From Candidatus Amesbacteria bacterium (GTDB taxonomy: Bacteria > Patescibacteriota > Microgenomatia > CAZETR01 > Amesbacteraceae), in contig DAHXMV010000003.1 in assembly GCA_027371535.1 (NCBI GenBank), positions 8,047 through 72,046 on the forward strand: a DNA stretch of 64,000 bases, given 5' to 3'. A program made the translations under genes and the position numbers. Shown one piece after another: positions 38,411 to 46,501 of the stretch (positions are counted from its first letter, which is position 1; each line of letters opens with the position of its first letter). Below the pieces are notes generated by a model. It saw only the letters and a list, made by a program, of their open reading frames with translations, ran no database searches and was not told the origin of the DNA.

Positions 38411-38586
38411 AGTAATTATTATAATATAACCTCAGAAAGCAGGACAGCGTAGGTAATCACTGATTTGGAGGTAACGGGCGGTCAGCAGCGAATTTGACAC
38501 AGGCGTAGACGCAGCCGGGATAAGCGGCCGAAGAATGCGGATAGGTACGACGCTTGATTGAAAAATTCACAAAAGCGCTTCTTTAG

Positions 38587-39201
38587 CTAGAACAGGGAGG
38601 GCTGGGCAGAAGAGCTTTCGGCGGGATAGGAAAAATCCACTGCGATTTCACGGGGAGTATTCCAGTGGTCGGAAAATTTAAGTTTATGATTTTTTAATCC
38701 GTAATCGTATATATCCCGGGTTAAGATGACATCCATTTCGCAATATTTTCGGAGTTTTTTCAATGATGCCTGATCATGTTTTTTCCAGTACATGACTGCG
38801 TTTGCCCCGGAATCATTTTTAACGTTCCCCAAAGTATACCTGGCAATTTTATTCAGTGAAATACGTTTACCAAAGGCCTCTTTAACGTGATTTAATATAT
38901 CAAAGTGCGACAGCCTGGCAAAATCCGGGGGGGCATAAGGTTTGAGAGCAGGAACGTCAAAATTAAGCGAATTAAATCCAACAATCCGGTCAGCTTCACG
39001 AAAGAATTTCCACATGGCTTCCAACTCAGGTTCAAAAAAACTGTGCATTCCACCCGCAACTTCCTTTAAATCGTTGTCCAACCGGCGGGTATAGAGCGAA
39101 ACCAGTGAGACTCCCAAATCAGCCGGATCCTGGGTACCGGTTTCGTCAAAAAATTTCTGGGTTTCGACATCAAAAATTACTTCAAAAAATGTTTCAGGCA
39201 T
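38587..39201 (-). CDS. predicted 3'-5' exonuclease related to the PolB exonuclease domain, paralog 2
   Basis: Exo I VIFDVETQ, Exo II GFNSLNFDVP, Exo III YCEMDVILT. Same family as 32168..32785. Confidence 0.65.
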   Translation of the reverse strand: MPETFFEVIFDVETQKFFDETGTQDPADLGVSLVSLYTRRLDNDLKEVAGGMHSFFEPELEAMWKFFREADRIVGFNSLNFDVPALKPYAPPDFARLSHFDILNHVKEAFGKRISLNKIARYTLGNVKNDSGANAVMYWKKHDQASLKKLRKYCEMDVILTRDIYDYGLKNHKLKFSDHWNTPREIAVDFSYPAESSSAQPSLF

Positions 39202-39225
39202 AAGTAGGTATTATATTATATAAAT

Positions 39226-39771
39226 ATGAGCAGGTATGCGGGAAGGGATTTTGAAGGCCAAAAGTATATAGAATTAAATTATTCCGGGGAAAGTTTTAAA
39301 TTCACCAGATTTATCAAATGTGAATTCAGAAATTGTAATTTTTCGGGGGTAATTTTGGACGGGACATTTTTTGACAACTGTATTTTCCCCGGCTGTAAAC
39401 TGTCCAATCTGGATTTTGAAAAATCAGAATTCAGAAAGTGCAACTTTGAGAAAAGCATCCTGGTCAACTGCGTATTTCAGAAGAAAGTCGGAAATAAAAG
39501 TAAAAAATGCGTTTTAACTTCGAATAATTTTGACGGGTGCGATCTGACAGGGTCGATATTTAACCTGTGTAACCTGTCAGGAAAGAGGTTTGATAAAACT
39601 AATTTTACCGGATGTATATTTGAAAAAACCAATCTGGCTCATGCAGATTTTACCAACTGCAAAATCGAAGGGGCTAATTTTAACGGGGCGCATGTTGAGG
39701 ATACGGTATTGGATATAGACGGATTTTTGAATTTCGGGAAAGCCAAGGGGTTTGTTTTAAATGTTGATTAA
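39226..39771 (+). CDS. pentapeptide-repeat protein
   Basis: Tandem 5-residue repeats (CEFRNCNFSGVILDGTFFDNCIFPGCKLSNLDFEKSEFRKCNFEKS...). Confidence 0.8.
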   Translation: MSRYAGRDFEGQKYIELNYSGESFKFTRFIKCEFRNCNFSGVILDGTFFDNCIFPGCKLSNLDFEKSEFRKCNFEKSILVNCVFQKKVGNKSKKCVLTSNNFDGCDLTGSIFNLCNLSGKRFDKTNFTGCIFEKTNLAHADFTNCKIEGANFNGAHVEDTVLDIDGFLNFGKAKGFVLNVD

Positions 39772-39831
39772 TTTTCAATTTTTAATTTTTAATTAATATA
39801 TTTAATCATAAGTGTTCAATATAATTATTTT

Positions 39832-41697
39832 GTGAAGAGAGTATTAATTATTATAGGGGCAATTACATTTCTGACGTCTGCCGGAAAAGCAGAGGCAAAA
39901 GACTACACTATACAAAAAGCGGATTTTGGGATTAGTCTGACCCAAAACGGAGACGCCCGGGTGACGGAGAACAGAACTTATAATTTTAACGGCAGTTTTT
40001 CCTGGGCCGATGTCCCAATCGGCCTGTCTGCCGATTGTGTCCGGGTATTCCCCTGCCGGGATTATGTAATAGACGACGTCACGGTAAGTGATGAAAACGG
40101 GCCATTAAGATTTGACCGAATTAAATCAGCTGAATCTCTGGATATTAAATGGTATTTCAACGCCAGCAATCAAGTTAAAACGTTAACTTTAAGCTATGTC
40201 GTCAGAGACGCTGTCATCCGGCATCCGGATACGGATGAATTTTACTGGCAGCTGATTAATAACCAATGGGTCAAAGGAACGGCCGAAGTTAGTGCCAAAG
40301 TAACCCTGGCGGAGCCAGCCGGAAATAACCAAATATATGCCTTCGGACACGGGCCTTTCAACGGCCGGGTGACCATACCAAATAACCGGGAAGCCGACTT
40401 TTCAGCTGCCAACCTGACAGATCACCAAAGATTTGAAATCAGGGTCCTGTTCCCAAACGGCGGCAATCAATTAATCAGGCAGAGCCACCAGACCCTGTCT
40501 GAAATATTGGATGAAGAAAAAGGGTTGGCTAACCAAACCAAAACCGAAATAAAGAAGCAAAAAGTATGGTTGGACCTGGCTTTAGCAACCGCAATCGTGA
40601 TCTTTTCAGTCATAGCTTTCAGGATTGGATATTGGACCCGGAAGTGGTGGAATACCGGCCGCGATTTGCCGGAACCAATGGTCAATCCGGCCGGGACTTT
40701 GCACGAACCGCCGTCCGACCTAGATCCGGGAATGGTAGAAACTTTAATAAATTGGAACATGAAACCAACCGGTCGTGCGATTGCCGCTACAATAATAAAT
40801 CTGATAAGAAAAAGGGCTTTAGTTATGGAAAAAGAAAAGCAGGATCCGGTGCTGGGAATTTTTTCCAGGGGCGATAAATACATATTAGTCTGGAATCCGA
40901 AATATAACCGGGATCTGATGACACCCCTGGAAAGGAATTTATTTGATTTCCTGTTCTTTTCGGCCGAAGGCGGAGCGGTAACTTTGGAATCAATAAAAAA
41001 TATGGGCAAAACCAGGCCTAAAGAAACCGGTAATTTCTGGAAAAACTGGCAAAAGGATTGCCTGTTAAATCTGGTAACCTCCGGATACCTGGAAGAGGGA
41101 AATTATGAAGCAGCGCTCAAAATAGATAAAGAGAGCGGGATTTTTATGGGTATCGGTACTTTCGGACTGATATTGGGGGTGAGATTATTTACCGTGAATA
41201 CAACTTTTCTTTTGGTCATACTCGGATTTTCATCGGTAAGTATTCTGGCCGGGATAATCCTCAGTCAATTAAAAATTGCCATGGAAAAAAGAACCCCCGA
41301 CGGCGGACAGGCGTATGCGAACTGGAAAGCCTTTAAAAAATACCTGAAAGATTACAGCGTGACCAAAAGCTCACCGATTGATTCGGTGGTGTTGTGGGAA
41401 AAATATCTGGTATACGGAGCAGCTTTGGGCATATCCATTAAAGCCCTGTCACAGTTGCCGGTGAATTATTCCGAGGCTTTTGCCGGATCCGGAATATATA
41501 CCGGATTTTCCGGAGGAGCCGGATTTAACCAGGCGGATTTTGCAGGCAACTTTTCCGGTATGTTTTCAGGCTTTTCAGCTGTTTCATCAGGTTTTTCCAG
41601 TTTCGGTGCTTACGGCGTCGGCAGCGGGGGAGGATTTTCCGGGGGCGGAGGCGGCGGAGGAGGGGGCGGAGGCGGCGGAGGAGGCGGAGCAGGGTAG
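39832..41697 (+). CDS. DUF2207-family membrane protein with C-terminal poly-Gly tail
   Basis: Signal peptide, about 230-aa extracytoplasmic domain, TM helices flanking a cytoplasmic segment, C-terminal GGGFSGGGGGGGGGGGGGGGGAG. Matches the architecture of DUF2207 proteins. Confidence 0.55.
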   Translation: MKRVLIIIGAITFLTSAGKAEAKDYTIQKADFGISLTQNGDARVTENRTYNFNGSFSWADVPIGLSADCVRVFPCRDYVIDDVTVSDENGPLRFDRIKSAESLDIKWYFNASNQVKTLTLSYVVRDAVIRHPDTDEFYWQLINNQWVKGTAEVSAKVTLAEPAGNNQIYAFGHGPFNGRVTIPNNREADFSAANLTDHQRFEIRVLFPNGGNQLIRQSHQTLSEILDEEKGLANQTKTEIKKQKVWLDLALATAIVIFSVIAFRIGYWTRKWWNTGRDLPEPMVNPAGTLHEPPSDLDPGMVETLINWNMKPTGRAIAATIINLIRKRALVMEKEKQDPVLGIFSRGDKYILVWNPKYNRDLMTPLERNLFDFLFFSAEGGAVTLESIKNMGKTRPKETGNFWKNWQKDCLLNLVTSGYLEEGNYEAALKIDKESGIFMGIGTFGLILGVRLFTVNTTFLLVILGFSSVSILAGIILSQLKIAMEKRTPDGGQAYANWKAFKKYLKDYSVTKSSPIDSVVLWEKYLVYGAALGISIKALSQLPVNYSEAFAGSGIYTGFSGGAGFNQADFAGNFSGMFSGFSAVSSGFSSFGAYGVGSGGGFSGGGGGGGGGGGGGGGGAG

Positions 41698-41743
41698 TTG
41701 GTTATCAGTTGATGTTGTCAGGGTGAAATAAATCAGAGATTGA

Positions 41744-41766
41744 CTAATCCCCTATGGGGGGATTAG
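41744..41766 (+). promoter_or_regulatory. putative CsoR operator: palindrome CTAATCCCC-TATGG-GGGGATTAG
   Basis: Perfect 9-bp inverted arms with a C/G-tract, 12 nt upstream of csoR. Known CsoR operators are GC-tract pseudo-palindromes of the TACCC-N-GGGTA type. Confidence 0.5.
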
Positions 41767-41777
41767 ACTGAGCCGTT

Positions 41778-42065
41778 ATGGAGACGGCAAATCATCATCA
41801 CGCAGACAGCCGGAACACAACCCTGCACCGGCTGAAAATTGCCAAAGGACACCTGGAAAAAGTTATCAGAATGCTGGAAAACAACGAATACTGTATTGAT
41901 ATATTAATTCAATCCCAGGCGGTACAGGCAGCGCTGAAAAATACGGATGCAATAATTTTGGAAAATCATCTGAAAACCTGTGTAGCTGATGCCGTCAGGA
42001 GTAACCAAAAAGATAAAGCCATAGACGAAGTCATGAAAGTTTTTAAGAATTCCAAAAAGAATTAA
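41778..42065 (+). CDS. csoR: CsoR/RcnR-family metal-sensing transcriptional repressor
   Basis: RLKIAKGHLEKVIRMLENNEYCIDILIQSQAV...ENHLKTCV. The x-Y-C...H-x3-C fingerprint of Cu(I)-sensing CsoR. First gene of the cop operon. Confidence 0.7.
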   Translation: METANHHHADSRNTTLHRLKIAKGHLEKVIRMLENNEYCIDILIQSQAVQAALKNTDAIILENHLKTCVADAVRSNQKDKAIDEVMKVFKNSKKN

Positions 42066-42066
42066 C

Positions 42067-44181
42067 ATGCCCGCCCAAAGACTTAATATCTCAATTTCCG
42101 GGATGCACTGCACCTCCTGCGCCCAGTTAATTCAGAGATCCGTGGGTAAAATTCCGGGAATTGCCGAGGTTAATGTCAGCTATGCCAACGAAAATGCCCT
42201 GGTAACGGCTGACCCGGCCAAAGAAAAGGAAATCATCGACAGGATTAACAGTATGGGTTACCGGGCAGACCTGATCACGGATCAAACACTCTCTTTGACA
42301 GAAAATCGACGACAGGCAGAGCTATCCACAATTAAAAGAAAATTTATAATAGCAGCCGTGTTGTCCGCCCCAATAATGTTTGTGCCGGCAATATACGGTT
42401 TAGGACTGTCAACCCTTGTGCAGTTATTTATAGGCAGGGATTTCTATAAAGGGGCCTGGTCGGCTCTGTTAATGAAAACATTTAATATGGATTCGTTAAT
42501 AGCCATCGGGTCCACAACTGCTTATGTTTTCAGCCTGATAAACCTGGCAGCGGGAAAAGGAGAGTTGTATTTCGAAACCTCAGCCTGGCTGATTACTTTT
42601 GTGACCCTGGGAAAATGGCTGGAAGCCAGAGCTAAAGAAAAAGCTTCTGAGGCGGTGAAAAAACTGGTCAAACTCCAACCCAAGACTGCCAGGGTAATTA
42701 ACAAGACTGAAGAAACAGATATGGAATTGGATAAAATTCAGCCGGGAGACATCATCCTGGTTAAACCGGGGGAGACGATACCGCTTGACGGAGTGATTAC
42801 CGATGGCCAAACCACAGTAGACGAATCCACGATTACCGGCGAGAGCGTCCCTATAGATAAAAATACCGGGGACGGAGTAACCGGCGGGACGATTAACCGA
42901 TTGGGGGCTTTTGAGTTTAAAGTAACTCATACAAGCGAATCAACGACTTTGAAAAAAATTATCCGGATGGTGAGTGAAGCGCAAAGCTCCAAAGCGCCGA
43001 TACAGGCCATGGCTGATAAGGTTTCAGCCTGGTTCGTGCCGGCCGTAATCGGGGTGGCCGTATTGACGTTTGTTTTCTGGATAGTCTTTGTCCAGGCCTC
43101 TTTAACAACTTCCCTACTGGCTTTTGTTTCGGTGATAGTTATAGCCTGTCCCTGTGCTTTGGGATTGGCAACACCGACAGCAATCATGGTGGGTACGGGG
43201 GTGGGGGCAAAAAACGGTATTCTGATCAAGGGCGGAGAACCGCTGGAAATCGCGAGCAAGGTGGATACCGTGGTTTTTGATAAAACCGGGACCTTAACAA
43301 TGGGGAAGTTAACAGTCACTGACATAAAACCACTAACTACAGGCATCAAACCGGAAGAAATATTAAGAATAGCAGGAAGCCTGGAGAGACAATCCGAGCA
43401 TCCGATCGGCAAAGCAATTTATGAATATGCTTTCGTGAAGACAAAAATTCTTGAAGTGAACAATTTTATAGCCGTTCCCGGAAACGGCGTTCAAGGCCGG
43501 ATCGGTAATCAAGAATATTTCTTGGGAAAAGATAATAATCCGGAAACAAGAGAATATGAGGAGCAGGGAAAAACAGTGGTGACACTCAAAAAAAAGGGCC
43601 GGAATTTAGCTTTGATTGCACTGGCAGATCAAATCAGGCCGGAAAGCAAAAATACCGTAAACATTCTTAAAAAGATGGGTCTGAAGATAATGATGATCAG
43701 CGGCGACAATTACCGGACTGCCAAAGCCGTGGCTGATAATCTGGGTATTGATGAGGTATTGGCGGGGGTTAAACCGGATGAAAAAGCGGGTGAAATTAAA
43801 AAGATCCAGTCTGCCGGTCATACCGTAGCCATGGCCGGAGACGGGATAAATGATACACCGGCTATGGCAGCCGCTGATGTGGGGATTGCCATGGGTTCCG
43901 GAACGGACGCGGCGATAGAAACGGGAAATATAGTACTATTGAAAAATGATTTGCCCGGCATTTATAAAGCTTTAAAACTGGCAAAGATGACCATGAACAA
44001 AATTAAACAAAATATATTTTGGGCGATGATTTATAACCTGACCGGTATTCCCATAGCGGCCGGGGTATTGGCCGGTTTCGGCCTGGTACTCCGACCGGAA
44101 CTGGCCAGCCTGGCAATGGCGATGAGTTCGGTGAGCGTGGTAACCAATTCATTAAGGCTGAAAAATATCCGGCTGGACTAA
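42067..44181 (+). CDS. copA: copper-translocating P1B-type ATPase
   Basis: N-terminal HMA GMHCTSCAQ, TM6 CPC (ACPCALGLATP), DKTGTLT, GDGINDTPAMAAADVGIAMG. Confidence 0.9.
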   Translation: MPAQRLNISISGMHCTSCAQLIQRSVGKIPGIAEVNVSYANENALVTADPAKEKEIIDRINSMGYRADLITDQTLSLTENRRQAELSTIKRKFIIAAVLSAPIMFVPAIYGLGLSTLVQLFIGRDFYKGAWSALLMKTFNMDSLIAIGSTTAYVFSLINLAAGKGELYFETSAWLITFVTLGKWLEARAKEKASEAVKKLVKLQPKTARVINKTEETDMELDKIQPGDIILVKPGETIPLDGVITDGQTTVDESTITGESVPIDKNTGDGVTGGTINRLGAFEFKVTHTSESTTLKKIIRMVSEAQSSKAPIQAMADKVSAWFVPAVIGVAVLTFVFWIVFVQASLTTSLLAFVSVIVIACPCALGLATPTAIMVGTGVGAKNGILIKGGEPLEIASKVDTVVFDKTGTLTMGKLTVTDIKPLTTGIKPEEILRIAGSLERQSEHPIGKAIYEYAFVKTKILEVNNFIAVPGNGVQGRIGNQEYFLGKDNNPETREYEEQGKTVVTLKKKGRNLALIALADQIRPESKNTVNILKKMGLKIMMISGDNYRTAKAVADNLGIDEVLAGVKPDEKAGEIKKIQSAGHTVAMAGDGINDTPAMAAADVGIAMGSGTDAAIETGNIVLLKNDLPGIYKALKLAKMTMNKIKQNIFWAMIYNLTGIPIAAGVLAGFGLVLRPELASLAMAMSSVSVVTNSLRLKNIRLD

Positions 44182-44185
44182 AAAT

Positions 44186-45217
44186 ATGAATAATACAAAT
44201 CTGATCACCATTTTTCTTACCGGCTTACTGACCGGAGGACTGACCTGTATGGCTGTCCAGGGAGGATTATTAACAGCTACCCTACTGGCCAGCGAGAAAA
44301 CCGATATTAACAGCGGGGTGAAAAACGGGAAGGCGATACCGATTCTGGCATTTTTAGGGGCTAAACTGGCTGCCTACACCATTTTGGGATTTTTTCTGGG
44401 ATGGGTAGGGTCATTTTTCCAAATTTCACTTTGGTTACGGGTGGTGATGCAGATTTTGGTGGTATTTTTTATGCTGGGTACGGCCTTAAGTATTTTAGAA
44501 GTACACCCGATATTCAGATATTTTGTGATTACGCCGCCCAGATTTTTGACCCGGTGGATCAGACAACAATCCAAGAATCAGGGCATGTTTGCCTCTACCT
44601 TTTTGGGGGCCCTGACCATTTTTATACCCTGCGGAACAACCCAGGCCATGATGGCTCTCTCAGTGGCGTCCGGAAAACCCGTAACCGGAGCCCTGGTGAT
44701 GGCAGCATTTATTCTGGGCACATCACCGATATTTTTTTTACTGGGGTACCTGGCTACCAAACTGGCAGACACCTTCCAAAAAAATTTCATGCGGGCGGCG
44801 GCCTGGGCAATTATACTGCTGGCCATATTCAACCTGAACAATGCAGTGGCCTTAACCGGCAGCCGGCTGACCCTGGAAAATCTGGCCAAAAATATTTATT
44901 GTACCGTCAGCTGGTGTAAAGACAATCAGCCGCCTACAGCAATCACAGCCAGTGACAAATTAAACCTGACTATTCAGTCAGGCGGTTATAACCCGGACAG
45001 ATTAACAGTCAAATCGGGAAGCCGGGTGACCCTGCATATACAAAACCGGGGCGGGACCAGCTGCATCCAGGCATTTACCATTCCCTCCCTGGGCATCCAA
45101 AAAGTGATACCAAATAATACCGAAGCGGATATTACTTTAGATATTCCAAACCAAACGGGAGAAATTCCCTTTATGTGCAGCATGGGAATGTATCGGGGGG
45201 TGATTCAAGTCATATGA
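44186..45217 (+). CDS. polytopic membrane protein (DsbD_2/TauE-like permease fold) fused to a C-terminal cupredoxin-like domain; probable copper-handling protein
   Basis: 6-8 TM with intramembrane Cys (GGLTCMAVQGG; IFIPCGTTQAMMAL). C-terminal about 100 aa (...VTLHIQNRGGTSC...FMCSMGMYRGVIQVI) has a cupredoxin-like H/C/M ligand pattern. Ends in an ATGA overlap with copZ. Confidence 0.45.
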   Translation: MNNTNLITIFLTGLLTGGLTCMAVQGGLLTATLLASEKTDINSGVKNGKAIPILAFLGAKLAAYTILGFFLGWVGSFFQISLWLRVVMQILVVFFMLGTALSILEVHPIFRYFVITPPRFLTRWIRQQSKNQGMFASTFLGALTIFIPCGTTQAMMALSVASGKPVTGALVMAAFILGTSPIFFLLGYLATKLADTFQKNFMRAAAWAIILLAIFNLNNAVALTGSRLTLENLAKNIYCTVSWCKDNQPPTAITASDKLNLTIQSGGYNPDRLTVKSGSRVTLHIQNRGGTSCIQAFTIPSLGIQKVIPNNTEADITLDIPNQTGEIPFMCSMGMYRGVIQVI

Positions 45218-45435
45218 ACAGCAGGATAAAATTCAAAATCTCGGGCATGCACTGTGTCAGCTGCGCTTTGAATATAGACGGAGCACTGGAAGACACACCC
45301 GGCGTAACAGACGCCAGAACCAATTTTGCCAAAGCAGTTACCGAAGTCAATTTTGATAACAGTAAAATTGACGCGGGGCAAATCAAGACGGTAATAACAA
45401 ATTCAGGATATAAGGCGGATGTAATCGAAAGTTAG
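45214..45435 (+). CDS. copZ: heavy-metal-associated copper chaperone
   Basis: MNSRIKFKISGMHCVSCALNIDGALEDTPGV... carries the GMxCxxC metal-binding motif. About 73 aa. Confidence 0.75.
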   Translation: MNSRIKFKISGMHCVSCALNIDGALEDTPGVTDARTNFAKAVTEVNFDNSKIDAGQIKTVITNSGYKADVIES

Positions 45436-45450
45436 AAACCTTTTTTTGGT

Positions 45451-46025
45451 TTATTCCAGTTTATAGCCGAGACCATGCACAGTCTGAATCAGCGGCCTTT
45501 CCTGACCGATAGTAATTTTCCACCTGATTAAAGCTATAAATACGTCGGCTATATTACCGGGACTATGATAGTCATAATCCCAAACCTGCTCCAGGAGGGT
45601 GTGTCTGTCAACTACTTCTCCCCGGTAATGTAAAAGATATTCCAGAACGGGGAATTCCTTGGGGATCAGAGCAATCCGGCGCTTAACCCGGGAAACAAGA
45701 TGAGCAGCCGGATTAATCTCCAGGTCCCGATACGTTAACACCGGCAGAGGGTTCCGTCCGGGCTGGCCGGCCGGGTTTTTTGTTTTTCGGCCAAAATCAG
45801 GATGGGAGTCCGGAAATGATCCTGACGAAGCCTTTTATAGACAGTCAAACCGTCGATTTTGGGCAGGAAAGCATTGATAACAGCTACATCATATGCCCCC
45901 TCATCTGCCAGTTTCATACCAGTTTCTCCGTCGTGTGCCTGAACAACCTGAAAACCGAAATCCGTCAAACCCCGGGAAATAATATTTGATAAGCGAGGCT
46001 GATATTCCATTAAAAGAATTCTCAT
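45451..46025 (-). pseudogene. OmpR-family response regulator: degenerate receiver plus winged-helix, split by a frameshift in an A-run
   Basis: ORF 45735..46025 is a receiver N-half lacking the acidic pair (EY instead of DD) and the phospho-acceptor Asp (VAVINAFLP instead of LxLLDxxLP). ORF 45451..45741 is an OmpR wHTH (LTYRDLEINPAAHLVSRVKRRIAL...LGYKLE). The two frames join at GAAAAACAAAAAACCC. Receiver alpha4-beta5-alpha5 appears to be absent. No histidine kinase nearby. Confidence 0.55.
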
Positions 46026-46063
46026 ATATAACCAATTTTTGAAAAAAACGGAGACTAATCAAT

Positions 46064-46402
46064 TTAGCGGGGCCGGGAAACCTTGGATTTTTTGATTTCA
46101 GCCAGGATTTCCTGTTTTACCTGGTGAGTATGTTTTTTAATTTCCGATTCGATCTCCGGGCAATGGGCCTGCAAATATTCCATGAGTTTGTCCGATCCGG
46201 GGTCAGTTTTCAAACCGGAAATAAATTCCCGGTGTTTGTCTGCAGGCAAGTGGTTCAAAATAATATTTAAAACATGATGATGGAGAGTCTGGTCGATAAT
46301 GTCTATTAATTCTTCCTTCTCCTCGGGATCGAGACGGTAGTTATTCAACTCGCAATCGATTTCCTCGCGGATGACCAAATGATCGTAAAAGATTTTACTC
46401 AT
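46064..46402 (-). CDS. hypothetical protein
   Basis: 112 aa, acidic with His-rich patches. No motif recognised. Confidence 0.4.
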   Translation of the reverse strand: MSKIFYDHLVIREEIDCELNNYRLDPEEKEELIDIIDQTLHHHVLNIILNHLPADKHREFISGLKTDPGSDKLMEYLQAHCPEIESEIKKHTHQVKQEILAEIKKSKVSRPR

Positions 46403-46501
46403 ACTTCATAAAATCTTATATATCTGTCCCGCTATGCGGGAAGTATATAGCATTTTTTGCTCCTTCGAGCTCAAAATGCAATTGGCTATAAAAGATTTTA
46501 C

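Noticed and set aside
38411-38586. tRNA gene in the GC-rich intergenic gap
   Set aside because: No GTTCRANYC T-loop, no acceptor-stem pairing and no plausible anticodon arm. The same holds for 12740..13120.
41620-41697. GGC/GGA-rich tract as a tandem repeat or G-quadruplex element
   Set aside because: It is the in-frame poly-Gly C-terminal tail of the DUF2207 protein, which is coding low complexity.
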